Part shown: piece by piece, positions 43,617 to 56,226 of the stretch
Layout of the letters: the number at the start of each line of letters is the position of its first letter
How positions within the stretch are numbered: the stretch's first letter is position 1
Origin: Antedon mediterranea
Taxonomy: Eukaryota; Animalia; Echinodermata
NCBI RefSeq assembly: GCF_964355755.1
Contig: NC_092678.1
Coordinates: 78,422 to 142,421, forward strand
DNA length: 64,000 nucleotides
Reading direction: 5' to 3'
Translations under genes and position numbers: made by a program
Notes under the pieces: model-generated
Database searches by the model: none
Seen by the model: only the letters and a program-made list of their open reading frames with translations
What the model was told of the DNA's origin: nothing

Positions 43617-44789
43617 CTACTTATATTTTGGTCTCAGTGCCCGACTAAAAATAAAGTTGTCTTTGGCTGCGGGTTCCTGTCCGCTGGATGTTGGTTGATT
43701 TTGGCCACATGTTTTCATTCCTGTGTGTTTTCTAATAGGGACATGTTTCATAGCTTCTTTCCAATCATTTGTTTCTTTCATTGCTGATAATATCTTAATT
43801 ACTTGATCTAAAGTCAGATTCTTATTCCCACCACTTCCCCACTTTAAGTAGTAATCAATTGGTAATCGTACATGAGAAACATTTAATCTTTTTGCAATAC
43901 CTAAAGTCAATCCTTTTTGTATTTGAGTTGCATCAACTAAAGCACCAATAACGTACGTCTTAGTGTCATCAAATGTGCGCATTATGTTTGGTGAATCTGG
44001 CGACAGATAAATAATGTCCTCTTTTGGAAATGTTTCCAGTAATGATTGTGAATTCATTGTCACCATCATCTTATTGTATACGTCCTTTGTTGTTGTACGC
44101 ACCAATTCTTTATGCGATAGTGAACCCTCTAGGTGGTTAACAAAATGTATGTGAAAAGACTCCTTAGCTTTCTTATTTTCATGTATTACATAACTTATTT
44201 GCATACTTAGGCTGATAGCATCTCTTCGTTGCATATACTGGTCATAGCAAAAATCAAACACAACATTCTGACCAAATTTCATTCCTTGTGACAGTTTCCA
44301 ATTATCAGACTCCAAAATACGTTTAGGATTCATTTTGAGGAACAACCTATTTTCTATTAGTGTTTCATACTCCTTACTTTCTTCGGATTCTATTTTTCTT
44401 TGTTCCTGTTTTTCAAGACGCTTTTCCTTATCCTTCAGTCGCAAACACTCTCTACGATACATGAAAGTCATAAACTTTTTCCTTTGCTTTTTAGATTTGA
44501 TAGAAGCAAAATGTTCTAAATCTGCATCACTGATTTGTTGTGGGACTTGTCTGCCTGAAAGCCTCATTTCTTCTATTAACTCTCTTGCCTCTTCAAGTCC
44601 TCTATCATAAGACGTTTCTTTACTAGATTCATTTGTAATAGAACAGTAATATCTTGATTGATAGATAAGTTTGTTTTTAAATTGGCTCACTGATATCCAT
44701 AACGTACTTGTTTTATTCTTCACTGATACAGGAACGCTGTTTTTACACACTGATGGTAAGCTTCTTACCAATTTCAAAAGGTGATACAT
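43617..44789 (-). CDS. TRMT10C: Mitochondrial tRNA m1R9 methyltransferase / RNase P protein 1; single coding exon, putative 5' UTR exon above 46652
   Basis: Basic N-terminal presequence from MYHLLKLVRS; MKFGQNVVFD, IIYLSPDS, YVIGALVD, RLPIDYYLKW..KNLTLDQV (Trm10 SPOUT); acceptor cag at 44796. Confidence 0.9.
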   Translation of the reverse strand: MYHLLKLVRSLPSVCKNSVPVSVKNKTSTLWISVSQFKNKLIYQSRYYCSITNESSKETSYDRGLEEARELIEEMRLSGRQVPQQISDADLEHFASIKSKKQRKKFMTFMYRRECLRLKDKEKRLEKQEQRKIESEESKEYETLIENRLFLKMNPKRILESDNWKLSQGMKFGQNVVFDFCYDQYMQRRDAISLSMQISYVIHENKKAKESFHIHFVNHLEGSLSHKELVRTTTKDVYNKMMVTMNSQSLLETFPKEDIIYLSPDSPNIMRTFDDTKTYVIGALVDATQIQKGLTLGIAKRLNVSHVRLPIDYYLKWGSGGNKNLTLDQVIKILSAMKETNDWKEAMKHVPIRKHTGMKTCGQNQPTSSGQEPAAKDNFIFSRALRPKYK

Positions 44790-45253
44790 TTCTATCTGTG
44801 AATTTAACGCAAAAATAATTATTGAATAACCATGGTAACCAATCAATGGCAATTCCAACTTTCATTATGCACAGACAGTTTAGTCATGAAAAGGGCAATT
44901 TCTTAATAAAACTAAGCCTAGGTACACTAAGCTATCGCCCCATAGAATTTTATGATATAAAATGTTATCAAGTATATGCTCAAATTATATACATTTTTGA
45001 TATAAAAAAACGTCAAAATATTGATTAGGTTTATTCAGAACCTTAGTGGCCAAATCTGGCATAATTATGCCGTCTGGCATAATTTTGACCCATCTGGCAT
45101 TTATGCTAGGCATAATTTTAGGAAATCTGGCATAATCTGGCATAATTTGAAAAACGCAAACATACAACATATTCACCACGATTTAGCATATTATCTGGAA
45201 TAATTGCGAAAAAATCTGGCATAATCTAGCATAATTTGGCTGAAAACCCGAAG

Positions 45254-45284
<31 letters not shown>

Positions 45285-45302
45285 TGGCTTCCCACCTTTT
45301 TT

Positions 45303-46200
45303 TCCAGGACGAACGTGGGCAGAAGTCATGAATAATTCATTACCTTAAAGATGTATTGTCCCTTTGACTAATTCCAAAAAAATAAAAAATAACAGATTTC
45401 GAAAAAAGGGGGGTCATTTTGAAGTATCATAATAATTATTAACTATCACCAAAAATTTGTCGAAAAAAAAATCATTTAACTGAAATACAGACGTTTTTTT
45501 GTTAAAAAAATAACTTTGACGTCAAAGTTTTCAATCAAAACATATCCCATAATGAAACGCGCTTGTTTGGCTACTCTGTATGCATAGTCATAAAACTTCT
45601 TCATGATCTGTGTGAAAATACCTTCTTAACCGTGACAAGTTGTAAACAATCCTAATTTAGCATATGCATAATGCGTACTCATGGTTTGAAATCTTTGTTT
45701 ACTTTCGCTCGTGACGATTTTCCAGATGAAATGTAATCAAATTAATTTACCTGTTAATTACGTAAACTTGTTGTTTTGGCTTAAATTTTCGACTTAAAGT
45801 GAATAACTTTAATATTACTTTGATATGGCCACTTTAAATTTAGAATATTTTGACCTTCATTTTTTTTTTTGTGTTTCAAGGGACAATACATCTTTAATTA
45901 TTTTTATTATAAAGAATTGAAAGATAGCTGATCTACTTCCTAAATATACTAAACCTAACCCTCTAAATAATCTCTCTCAACTATTAAAAAAAAACATGTT
46001 CATGAAAGACCTCGAACCGAGGGCTTCAGCGTAATAGGTTAAAGCCTTTACCACTAGACCAAACATTTCGGTTGGCAAACGTTGTTTACACTTATTATTT
46101 AATCTCTCTGCATTCTTATACAGCGCCCTCTATAATGTTCCCTATTATGTCATAATTAATCATGAATTATTCATGATTTCTGCCCACGTTCGTCCTGGAA
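45303..46200. mobile_element. TIR element with about 40-bp inverted ends that hosts the TTAA MITE
   Basis: ttccaggacgaacgtgggcagaagtcatgaataattcat ... atgaattattcatgatttctgcccacgttcgtcctggaa. Confidence 0.82.
45349..45893. mobile_element. TTAA-flanked MITE (Kolobok-like), copy 1
   Basis: TTAA|AGATGTATTGTCCC ... GGGACAATACATCT|TTAA; near-identical inverted copy at 54788-55333. Confidence 0.9.
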
Positions 46201-47505
46201 AAAAAAATTACGCTGGCCGCACTGTATCAGAACTGAAGACCGCCCTCTGTGATAAGTGATGTTTTGTGGCGTTGAACAATATTTTAACCGATTTAAATTT
46301 GTTTCTGGAAAGAAATATATGTATAAAACAGTTAAACACTTAACATGCACTTGATATCATTTTAAATCATCCAAGCCTACCGGGCCATACCAGGCGTAGA
46401 TAAACGCTATGTATTCAGGCCTAGCCTAGGCTAGGCCTACTTAGGATGGCCTTACTTCTCAACCAACCTCCTGCTTAACTCTACTACTACTGTTTCACTC
46501 TGATCTAGGTTAGGCAGGCGGGAATCCAGGCCTGGTCTCGCGGCCTGGTCACTACAAGTAGGCCTAGCTTCGCCTTATTGTATTTGTAGGCCTAATTATA
46601 GAGTACCTAGATATACATCCACACTAACTTTCATACAGTAAAACAACTCACTTCTTTTTATTGTATGGATCCACTTGAAACAGTTAAAATACTGTAATTT
46701 CCAACACCGTGCTGCACATGTTTTAAAAAAAAATGTATACTGCCCTCTATAATATTTTGTTATGATTTTTATATAAAGGGAGAGGCAAAATGTTGGTAGG
46801 GGTTACATTTTTGGTAATAACTTGGGATTTTGTGAACAGATTTTAATTTTATTTGTAGATCCAACATTACGTCATTACACCGACGTCCTTTATCAAAAAT
46901 GATTTTTTCTCAAATTAACTTGTAATTTGATTATGAAAACTGATGTGGAGGACAGAAAGCATTCACAACATCCACGACATCTATGAGATATCATGGAGGT
47001 ATTTATACCTCCATGGAGATATCAACATTTATTATATTACATAAATACAGATAAAATAATATGAGCATAGTTTATGAATGGGCAAAATTGTACTTGCTAG
47101 ATTTCTATGAACTGTTGAATAAATTGGTCTTGGCCTGCCATAGTGTTACTGTATATAGGCTACTCGAATATATCATTATATTTGATGAAGGTATACTTTA
47201 GCACAATCTAATTTTAATTGTTAACATTATTACAACTAGCAGAACGCATACATTTATGCCTGCCTGATAAATCAAAAATTAATCAAATTATTTAGAAATA
47301 TTAAAATTTACTGAAACTAATGCGTAAAACATACTTTATACTTGATTATACTTGATGTTGGAACTTAGAAGCCGTAGCTTGTGTGTCCCTCAACATGTTT
47401 CAATATATTATCTTGTCTATTATAGGGGGAAAACATGTGAGGTTTTTTTTTTATGTTGGCTGGTATACACAGTATGCACTTAGTATGCATGTCAAAATGT
47501 CACAT

Positions 47506-50500
47506 TCATAAGATAGGCTGCCATGAAGTTGTCTCTCCTCCTTCTTTGCTCATACTTGGCATCAACGCGGACCTGGTCAGACCCCAAAACTTGTCAGGCT
47601 TCAGCTTTCGCTTGGTTGCACTGAATTTCCACCCCATATGACTTGAGCAGTGTCGACACTGAATTATTGTCCATGCATATCTATTAAGAAATGATAACAC
47701 TGAAAACCCTAACCGCAATGATGACGTACACTACTGCAGTAGATTCTGATGACGTACACTACTGCAGTAGATTCTGTTGTTAAATTATAGATAAGTCCTA
47801 CATATATGTGCTGTATTGTGACTTGATAATTAGGTAAGGTTTAACATCTATACATACCCTGGAAACCAGCTGTTTTCTTTTGAGGGCCGACCAATCAAGT
47901 TGAGATTTTGAGCTCGATAAAGAGTCAATGTTTCATGAATATAGCCACCAGGGTTAACATAAGCTGCCATGGGACCATCAAGAGACATACTACAAAATTA
48001 AACATAATTAAATTATTTATATTTTACTTTCTGTTTGTAATCACCTGAAAATATTAATAAAATGTTAAAACTTACCAAAAAACATCAGACTTGTTTGCAA
48101 TCTGGTGACCGCATCTCTTACAACATAGTAATGTACACTGAAAGAAGATAGTACACATGTTAAACTACAGTTGACACTACTGCTACTACTTCTGCTAGAC
48201 CACAACCTACCTTCTTTAGTAAGTCAAGCTCACAACACTACTGCTACTACTTCTGCTAGACCACAACCTACCTTCTTTAGTAAGTCAAGCTCACAACACT
48301 ACTGCTACTACTTCTGCTAGACCACAACCTACCTTCTTTAGTAAGTCAAGCTCACAACACTACCACTACTACTTCTGCTAGACCACAACCTACCTCCTTT
48401 AGTAAGTCAAGCTCACAACACTACCACTACTACTTCTGTTAGACCACAACCTACCTTCTTTAGTAAGTCAAGCTCACATCACTACCACTACTACTTCTGC
48501 TAGACCACAACCTACCTCCTTTAGTAAGTCAAGCTCACAACACTACCACTACTACTTCTGCTAGACCACAACCTACCTCCTTTAGTAAGTCAAGCTCACA
48601 ACACTACCACTACTACTTCTGTTAGACCACAACCTACCTCCTTTAGTAAGTCAAGCTCACAACACTACCACTACTACTTCTGCTAGACCACAACCTACCT
48701 CCTTTAGTAAGTCAAGCTCACAACACTACCACTACTACTTCTGTTAGACCACAACCTACCTCCTTTAGTAAGTCAAGCTCACAACACTACCACTACTACT
48801 TCTTCTAGACCACAACCTACCTCCTTTAGTAAGTCAAGCTCACAACACTACCACTACTACTTCTGTTAGACCACAACCTACCTCCTTTAGTAAGTCAAGC
48901 TCACATCACTACCACTACTACTTCTGTTAGACCACAACCTACCTTCTTTAGTAAGTCAAGCTCACAACACTACCACTACTACTTCTGCTAGACCACAACC
49001 TACCTTCTTTAGTAAGTCAAGCTCACAACACTACTGCTACTACTTCTGTTAGACCACAACCTACCTTCTTTAGTAAGTCAAGCTCACAACACTACCACTA
49101 CTACTTCTGCTAGACCACAACCTACCTTCTTTAGTAAGTCTAGCTCACATCTCATTCTTTGTATTGGTGAGTTCACTTTCAGTAACAACAACCTCTGACT
49201 GTCATTAATTGGAATATTGCTGGCAACCCAAAATGAAAAATCTACAAAAGAAAGAAACATTCATCTAAATATCCATATTAAAAAATGAAGTTTAAAATAA
49301 TATTACAACAATTAGGTTTTACCTGACGGACGTTCTGGGATTGTGCTAAATGTAATAGATCCCTCGTACCAGCTCCGTAACTCTTCTTTTATCAAGGCCA
49401 TTAGATATTCCTAATAAATAATGTATAAATAATGCACTATCAAATTATACTCAGCAGAATGTAAATTTTTACGACCTGACAACAATCAGTATCAACCAGA
49501 CAATAAACTTACAGAATCGTACATCTGGTATACCCAAGGAGGCCACCATGTAAACTGTGACTCAAACAACTTATTTTTTCTCCTTCTTGAATCGAAAATA
49601 GTTTGTTTATGCGGTAAAAGCGCCCTCTGTTTGTAATATGAATTCATCCTCGCACCATGTAAAGGATCTAGAATTTCTTTGTCTGGAAGAATCTGTACCT
49701 TAGCAACCATGTTCCTGAAAACATGAATACAACTGTTGTTAATAACTTTTATGATTATTTAAGAATAAATTTAGTTTTTTAGGTGTCTTTATTTAATTAT
49801 AAACAGCAAGATATTTACCCATCTGTTTGTCTACTAATATCCATAATTTTAAATCGCTGTCTTCCCATTGCTTTGATCTTCATATTTTCTAAACCATTTT
49901 CATCATTTTCTTTTACACTATAAATCTCAGCCGTTGTTCCAACTGATGCAACACCTTGCTCAAAATCTTGTCTAAAAACGCAAGAGAGTAGCATTGTAAA
50001 ATCCAAGGAGTAAACAAGTCAATATGAAATAAAATAATGATCATTCTTTTATATAATAATCATTTACAAGTAACAACTTACCCAACACTCACAACACCAA
50101 ATGTACGGTCCTTCTGAAGCACATGTCATAATCATTTACAAGTAACAACTTACCCAACACTGACAACGTCAAATATACGGTCCTTCTGAAGCACATGTCA
50201 TAATCATTTACAAATGACAACTTATCCAAAACTCACAACGCCAAATGTACGATCCTTCTGAAGCACATGTCATAATCATTTACAAATGACAACTTACCCA
50301 ACACTCACAGCGTCAAATGTACGGTCCTTCTGAAGCACAAGTCATAATCATTTACAAGTAACAACTTATCCGACACTCACAACGCCAAATGTACGGTCCT
50401 TCTGAAGCACATATCATAATCATTTACAAATGACAACTTACCCAACACTCACAGCGTCAAATGTACGGTCCTTCTGAAGCACATGTCATAATCATTTACA

Positions 50501-51607
50501 AATGACACCTTACCCAACAATGACAACGTCAAAAGTACGGTCCTTCTGTAACACATGTCATAATCATTTACAAATGACCACTTACCTAACACTCACAACG
50601 TCAAATGTACAGTCCTTCTGTAACACATGTCATAATCATTTACAAATGACCACTTACCCAACACTCACAACGCCAAATGTACGGTCCTTCTGTAACACAT
50701 GTCTCATCATTGAGATCTTTCTTGGATCAAGGAGTTGTAATGGAATGGTTTGACCAGGGATGAGTACAACATTATTGAGAGGCATCAGAGGAAGTGTTAC
50801 ATAACTTTCATCATCATGGATTGTACGACCACTGTATTCTTCTAAATCATTTCCCAAATACTGTAAAAAAAAGAGAAAATATTCATCAATTATCTTCAGA
50901 TTCAGAATGCATAAATGGTGATAAAATTACACTCCACCATTAGAATAGTTTAGAAGTAATGTAAAATAGCCTAATAGAAGACTTAAATAGTAAGTATGTA
51001 CTTACAGAATGAGCCGTAGGAAGTGATGGGTCAAAATTGAATTTAGCTGGTCTTTTTTTCACTTTTTCATGATCTTCAACTCCCCTAATGTTTATCCTCC
51101 AATCATTTATATTCATTTCAATATTTTCTTGAGCTTCTGGTTCTAAACAATTATTCAATACATACATTCATTATTAATTACTTAATTAATACTTCTATAT
51201 ACACAAATAAGCTATAATAAGTTACATTACATAATAATGTTGCAAACACATCTTGCTGTTGCTCCAGCCTAAATCGTTTTACCACCATCCGGGGAATTCC
51301 CAGTAGATAGGCAGGGCTAGCTAGGCTGCATACCCGACGAGCTGCTAGCAAGTTAGGCCTAGCTAAGCTAGGCCTACTACTAGATAGTACAGGCCTAGGC
51401 CTAGTAGGCCTAGGCCTAGTTTAGGCCTAGCCTAGCCTTTGTATATGAAAGAAGAGGCAAGATTTTTATCAAAATTAACCATCAATTTATATTAATAGCT
51501 TATCTTTTTAAAGAACAGATATTAGCAAGTTGCATTTAATATTAATAAAAGTTAACTTTACCACTGTCAGAGGAAGAATCAAAACCTTCGTCATGTACTT
51601 CGTCCAT
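47506..51607 (-). CDS. CRBN: Cereblon, 10 coding exons
   Basis: [91 protein letters not shown]. Confidence 0.96.
48175..49149. repeat. 61-bp minisatellite, 16 copies, containing a CRBN donor
   Basis: Minus unit TGTGAGCTTGACTTACTAAAG(A/G)AG|GTAGGTTGTGG. Confidence 0.95.
50056..50703. repeat. 72-bp diverged minisatellite, 9 copies, containing a CRBN donor
   Basis: Minus unit GACATGTG..CAGAAGGACCGTACATTTGGCGTTGTGAGTGTTGG|GTAAGT. Confidence 0.93.
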
Positions 51608-51848
51608 GTTTACTTTGCTCAGGTCAAATGTCAATGGGCGGGAACTGAAATTCTCCCAACCAATCAGGTTACACGCAGTGTTGTTAATAGAAAAAAGGGG
51701 AATTACCACACTCAATTATAAACAAACAAATCTGCGGCACTGTTTAGTATAGAATAGTACTGTACGAAGTATGCAGCTGTTTGGAAAAAAATATTGATCG
51801 AGATTATTTGATATTAATTGGTAACTGACCACGTGTACATTATATCAG
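51608..51848. promoter_or_regulatory. Bidirectional promoter CRBN / DnaJB9-like
   Basis: Divergent genes; gggcggg near 51636, ccaat near 51660, attgg..ccacgtg 51817-51835; putative non-coding exon donor at 51848. Confidence 0.6.
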
Positions 51849-52177
51849 GTAGGCACATTAACATTAGTTATTTATGGAAGAAAACTAATAATAGAGGCTA
51901 CATTAAAACAACAAATCTCAGGGAGAAGATGAACAGCAGTAGGCCTACTACTACTATTTACACATGGTCATTGCCCAAACGTACCAGTACTTTTAACTAT
52001 CACCAACAACCAGCAGCAATTGGTAGGTAGGCCTACTACACTGCCACGAGTAGAAAACTACTCTATTTATTTACAGTATTCAATTTCACCCAGAATGTAC
52101 CCGTAATGTTATTAATTATTAAATCATTACCATTTTGTGCTTTTGTGGAGTTGTTTTTGCTTGTTTTTTTTTTTCAG

Positions 52178-55100
52178 ATGGTGCTAACATCAAAGATGCA
52201 CAAAATAAAATACATTGTATTTATTATCGCAATTATATGTTTCTTTGGAGTATTAGCTAAAAAAGCTAAAGATTATTATAAAATACTTGAAGTTGATAAA
52301 AAAGCATCTCAACAAGAAATTAAAAAGGCTTTCAGAAAACTAGCCATCAAATATCATCCAGACAAAAATAAAGATCCTGATGCAGAAAAGAAGTTTGTTG
52401 AAATAGCAAAAGGTTTGTTAAATAAATTAGAAGAATTTCCACAATATTGTCATTATATTAATACAGTATCTAAGCTTGTTATTATGAGGTTTCAGTTTTA
52501 TTCTTTGTAAAGTAATTAAAATTACATTCCATTGATTTATAAACATATATTTATTAGTATTTATTTGTCATACATCTATTACAAAATATACATATTTTTC
52601 TTTTAGCATATGAAGTTCTTTATGATCCAGAAAAACGCAAACAGTATGATCAGCTGGGAGCCAGTCACTATGAAAGTCATACTAAAGGAGGCGGAAGTCA
52701 CTCTGGAGGTCAAGAGTCAAAGTTTAATTACAATGAGTTCTTCAAAAACTTTGATGATACAGTCCGATTTGGTAAAAGAAAAAATGCAAAGCAAAATAAG
52801 AAAAGTGGTCATAAATTTAATTCAATTTTTGACGGTCTTTGGGATGACTTTGATTCCGACAGTACAATGAAAGACATGTTGAATAATATGTTCAAGGATA
52901 TGGGAGGAGCTGGAGCCAATTTTGACGGCTTTGGTGCTTTTGGTTCAGCTGGTAAAAAAAAGGTAATTATTTCTAGTAAAATTAATTTTTTATTGCAACA
53001 TTATTGCAAGGATTTTCAGGGCTGCATGAATAAAAACACTTCATATTTCATTTCAGGCGAACTCGTTTATGAGCGGTCAAGCCCACATGTTTGGTAAGAA
53101 TTACGTCAACTTTAAAAAATATAACATGTATTTGAATTAACAAACAAATAATTGTAACAATATTTTAGTTTTTGTGTTCTATTTTATTTGTTTTCAGTTG
53201 TCATTATTTAATATACTAACTAACACTAACTAACACTTGTGCACCCACACTTTCCCTATTGTCATCACCGTATTCCCTCCCTCATTTTCCCCACATTAAC
53301 ATCCTCAGCTAAACATCTTCACACTCACGACTCACACCAAGCCAAATCAAGAATTTTAGTAATGGTATCAAAAATGATGAAAAAAAACAATAAAAAAGAT
53401 AAAACAAAACAGAAAGACGCAAAGCCACCACCGGTAAAGAAAAAAGAAACGCCAAAGCCGCCACTGGTAAAAAAGGAAGCTCCGAAGCCGCCTCCCCCTA
53501 AGCCGCCTCCCCCTAAGCCGCCTCCCCCTAAGCCACCTCCCACACCACCACCACCACAACCTGAAAAAACAACAAAGCCTAAAAAAGGGATACTTTCAAA
53601 AGATGAATTCAAGGCAGAGTTCGACCGAATGAGGGCGGCATTCAAAGAAAAATTAGCTAAACTGAAGGGCGAATCTGACGTTACTAGTTCAACTACTGTA
53701 GATAAAGACGGCAAGAAGCATACTACAATCACTTCTAAAACTACTAGTAACAACCCTCAAAGCAAGGTGCCAAAAGATAACAACAGACTTTTTAAGGAAA
53801 AAACAATGGACAAAAATAAAGAACAGAAAACTGGTAAAAATAATCCAAAAAATGCATCACAAAGCCAAAATCTAAAAAGCAGTTTAAATCAAAAAAGACA
53901 TGAAGCATTGCATAGTTCAACAGTTAATAGTATTTTAAAGAAACACAAAAACAGAAGGAAGGGCGCAAAAGGACAGCCTGAAGATGAAAAGAATAAAGAT
54001 GTTAAAACAATGAATCATAACCGGTTGAAACACAAATTGAAAGTTCCCTTGAAAAAGAAACCTTTAAAGAATTATTCAAAGGTTCCTGAAGCAGCTAGTG
54101 AACAAGAAAGTGAGAATACTAATAAATTTGAGAAAGATAGAAACCAATCCACTATAAAAACAGTACATACTACTAGACACAATGCCCACAAGAACAGGCA
54201 GAAACAACATGAAGGAATAAAGAAAAAGCCTAACAAACAAATTATATATTCTGAAAAACTATATTTTGAAGGATCAAGGAATTGTGTTGAACCAACTGGT
54301 TATAAAGATGGCAACGGTCAGATTTTATTTTGCAACTCTCCTATTATTGAAAATAGATACAAACATTCAGCCAACGTTTTTTCTAAACATGATACAACCC
54401 CCGGCGGCAGGTATTCATTTATTTATAGTGTACATACTTCTGTGTTCTATGCTTTCATTTATTTTAATCCATCCATCTTATATCTTTATTCCGTAACTTA
54501 TTTTCAATCAATCCGTCCATTTTATACCCTTATCCGACAATGTAAAATGAACCGTCCAATTTGTATCCCTGTTCCACAATCCATTTTCTGTGTAGTGGAT
54601 GGTTAATCAGTAACTTAAGTGGCTGTTAAATATTCACTGATTTTTACCGATATGCATGGCACCCTATAACTTTATCTCTATTCCTTTTTTAATGCACCTT
54701 TATGTTTTATATGTTAAATTGCATTTTTGTGAGTTATTTTTTAGTGTATGTATAGCAAAAAAGTTATAAAAGCTTATTTCTATTTAAAGATGTATTGTCC
54801 CTTGAAACACACAAAAATTAAAGTCAAAATATTCTAAATTTAAAGTGGCCATATCAAAGTAATATTAAAGTTAATCACTTTAAGTCGAAAATTCGAGCCA
54901 AAAAAAACAAGTTTACGTAATTAACAGGTAAATTAGTTTAATTACATTTATCTGGAAAATCGTCACGAGCGAAAGTAAACAAAGATTTCAAACCATGAGT
55001 ACGCATTATGCATATGCGAAATTAGGATTGTTTACAACTCGTCACGGTTAAGAAGGTATTTTCACACAGATCATGAGGAAGTTTTATGATTATGCATACA

Positions 55101-55458
55101 GAGTAGCCAAACAAGTGCGTTTCATTATGGGATATGTTTTGATTGAAAACTTTGACTGGAAGTCAAAGTTATCTTTTTAACAAAAAAACGTCAGTATTTC
55201 AGTTAAATTTTTTTTTTTTCGAAAACTTTTTGGTGATAGTTAATAACTATTATGATACTTCAAAATGACTCACCTTTTTTCGAAATCTTTTATTTTTTTT
55301 TTTTTTGGAATTAGTCAAAGGGACAATACATCTTTAAATAATTCATTGTGTTCATTTTTAAAACTTGTTATTTCAGGTGAATTTTCAAATAGTTTTGCTG
55401 GTTCTAGTAGTAGAAGCTGTCGTACCGTAACGGAGCGTAATGGAAACCAAGTTTTAAC
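52178..55458 (+). CDS. DNAJB9: ER J-domain co-chaperone, DnaJB9/ERdj4-like. Exons 52178-52412, 52607-52962, 53057-53093, 55377-55458, plus a possible alternative exon from 53309
   Basis: Signal peptide, J domain with HPD, G/F-rich region, C-terminal [19 protein letters not shown] similar to DNAJB9 CRTVTQRRGNMVTTYTDC. Confidence 0.82.
54788..55333. mobile_element. TTAA-flanked MITE (Kolobok-like), copy 2, inverted relative to copy 1
   Basis: Same TIR AGATGTATTGTCCC; TTAA at 54784-54787 and 55334-55337. Confidence 0.9.
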
Positions 55459-56226
55459 ATACACCAAGTGTACATAGTAAATCATTACATATTGTGCCTT
55501 AGCTTTCATGAAAAAATCGCAATAAATATAGTAATAATGAGGTAAATTTACAAGTAAATATTATAAACAATATTGCAATTCCAAAGAATTTAATTATTAT
55601 TTAAAAAAGGTTTTATTTAATACAGTATGTAACAAAATGGTGTGATATTTTAGTTAATTTTCACAATGTGGGAAATTAAATAATAGAAACATGTTTATAT
55701 AGAATCCATTATTATATTTTATGTTATATATCAAAGAACATTTATTAAAAGCAATAATTATTAACAATTATTCTCTACTTTATAACTTGAAATTAAATTT
55801 AAATCAAATGATTTCCTTGTATTTTTTTCTCAATGTGTACACAATTTAAAACCCATCGATGTAAAACATGTACAGTATTGTAAGATTGACTGTTTAGCAT
55901 CAAAACACCTACACAAATCCATCATTTACACATTGTATCATAATATTTAACTGCATAATTGGAAACTTTATATTGACAATAATTTTGACAAATGTATGTA
56001 CACAAACAATGCCTTTTAATAAATGATGTGCTAGAGTTAATTTATTTAAAAACGACAGGTTACTGCCTTCTTTCCCCAATCACAATATAAAATGCAGACA
56101 CTTTGTGAAAAGTATCAAAACTCAATAATGCAACAAGAAGCAGTTGATTTAACAATGTGCAGATAACAATATTACAGTATAACATTCTTACTATATACAG
56201 TACTATACTATTTAACAGTAAATGTT

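Noticed and set aside
44790-44858. N-terminal extension of the TRMT10C ORF
   Set aside because: Upstream of the acceptor at 44796, non-ATG start; essentially intronic.
51817-51835. ERSE-II element for DnaJB9
   Set aside because: ATTGG and CCACG are 7 nt apart rather than 1; suggestive only.
53325-53753. Gly-rich minus-strand ORFs
   Set aside because: Antisense shadow of the Pro-rich plus-strand ORF.
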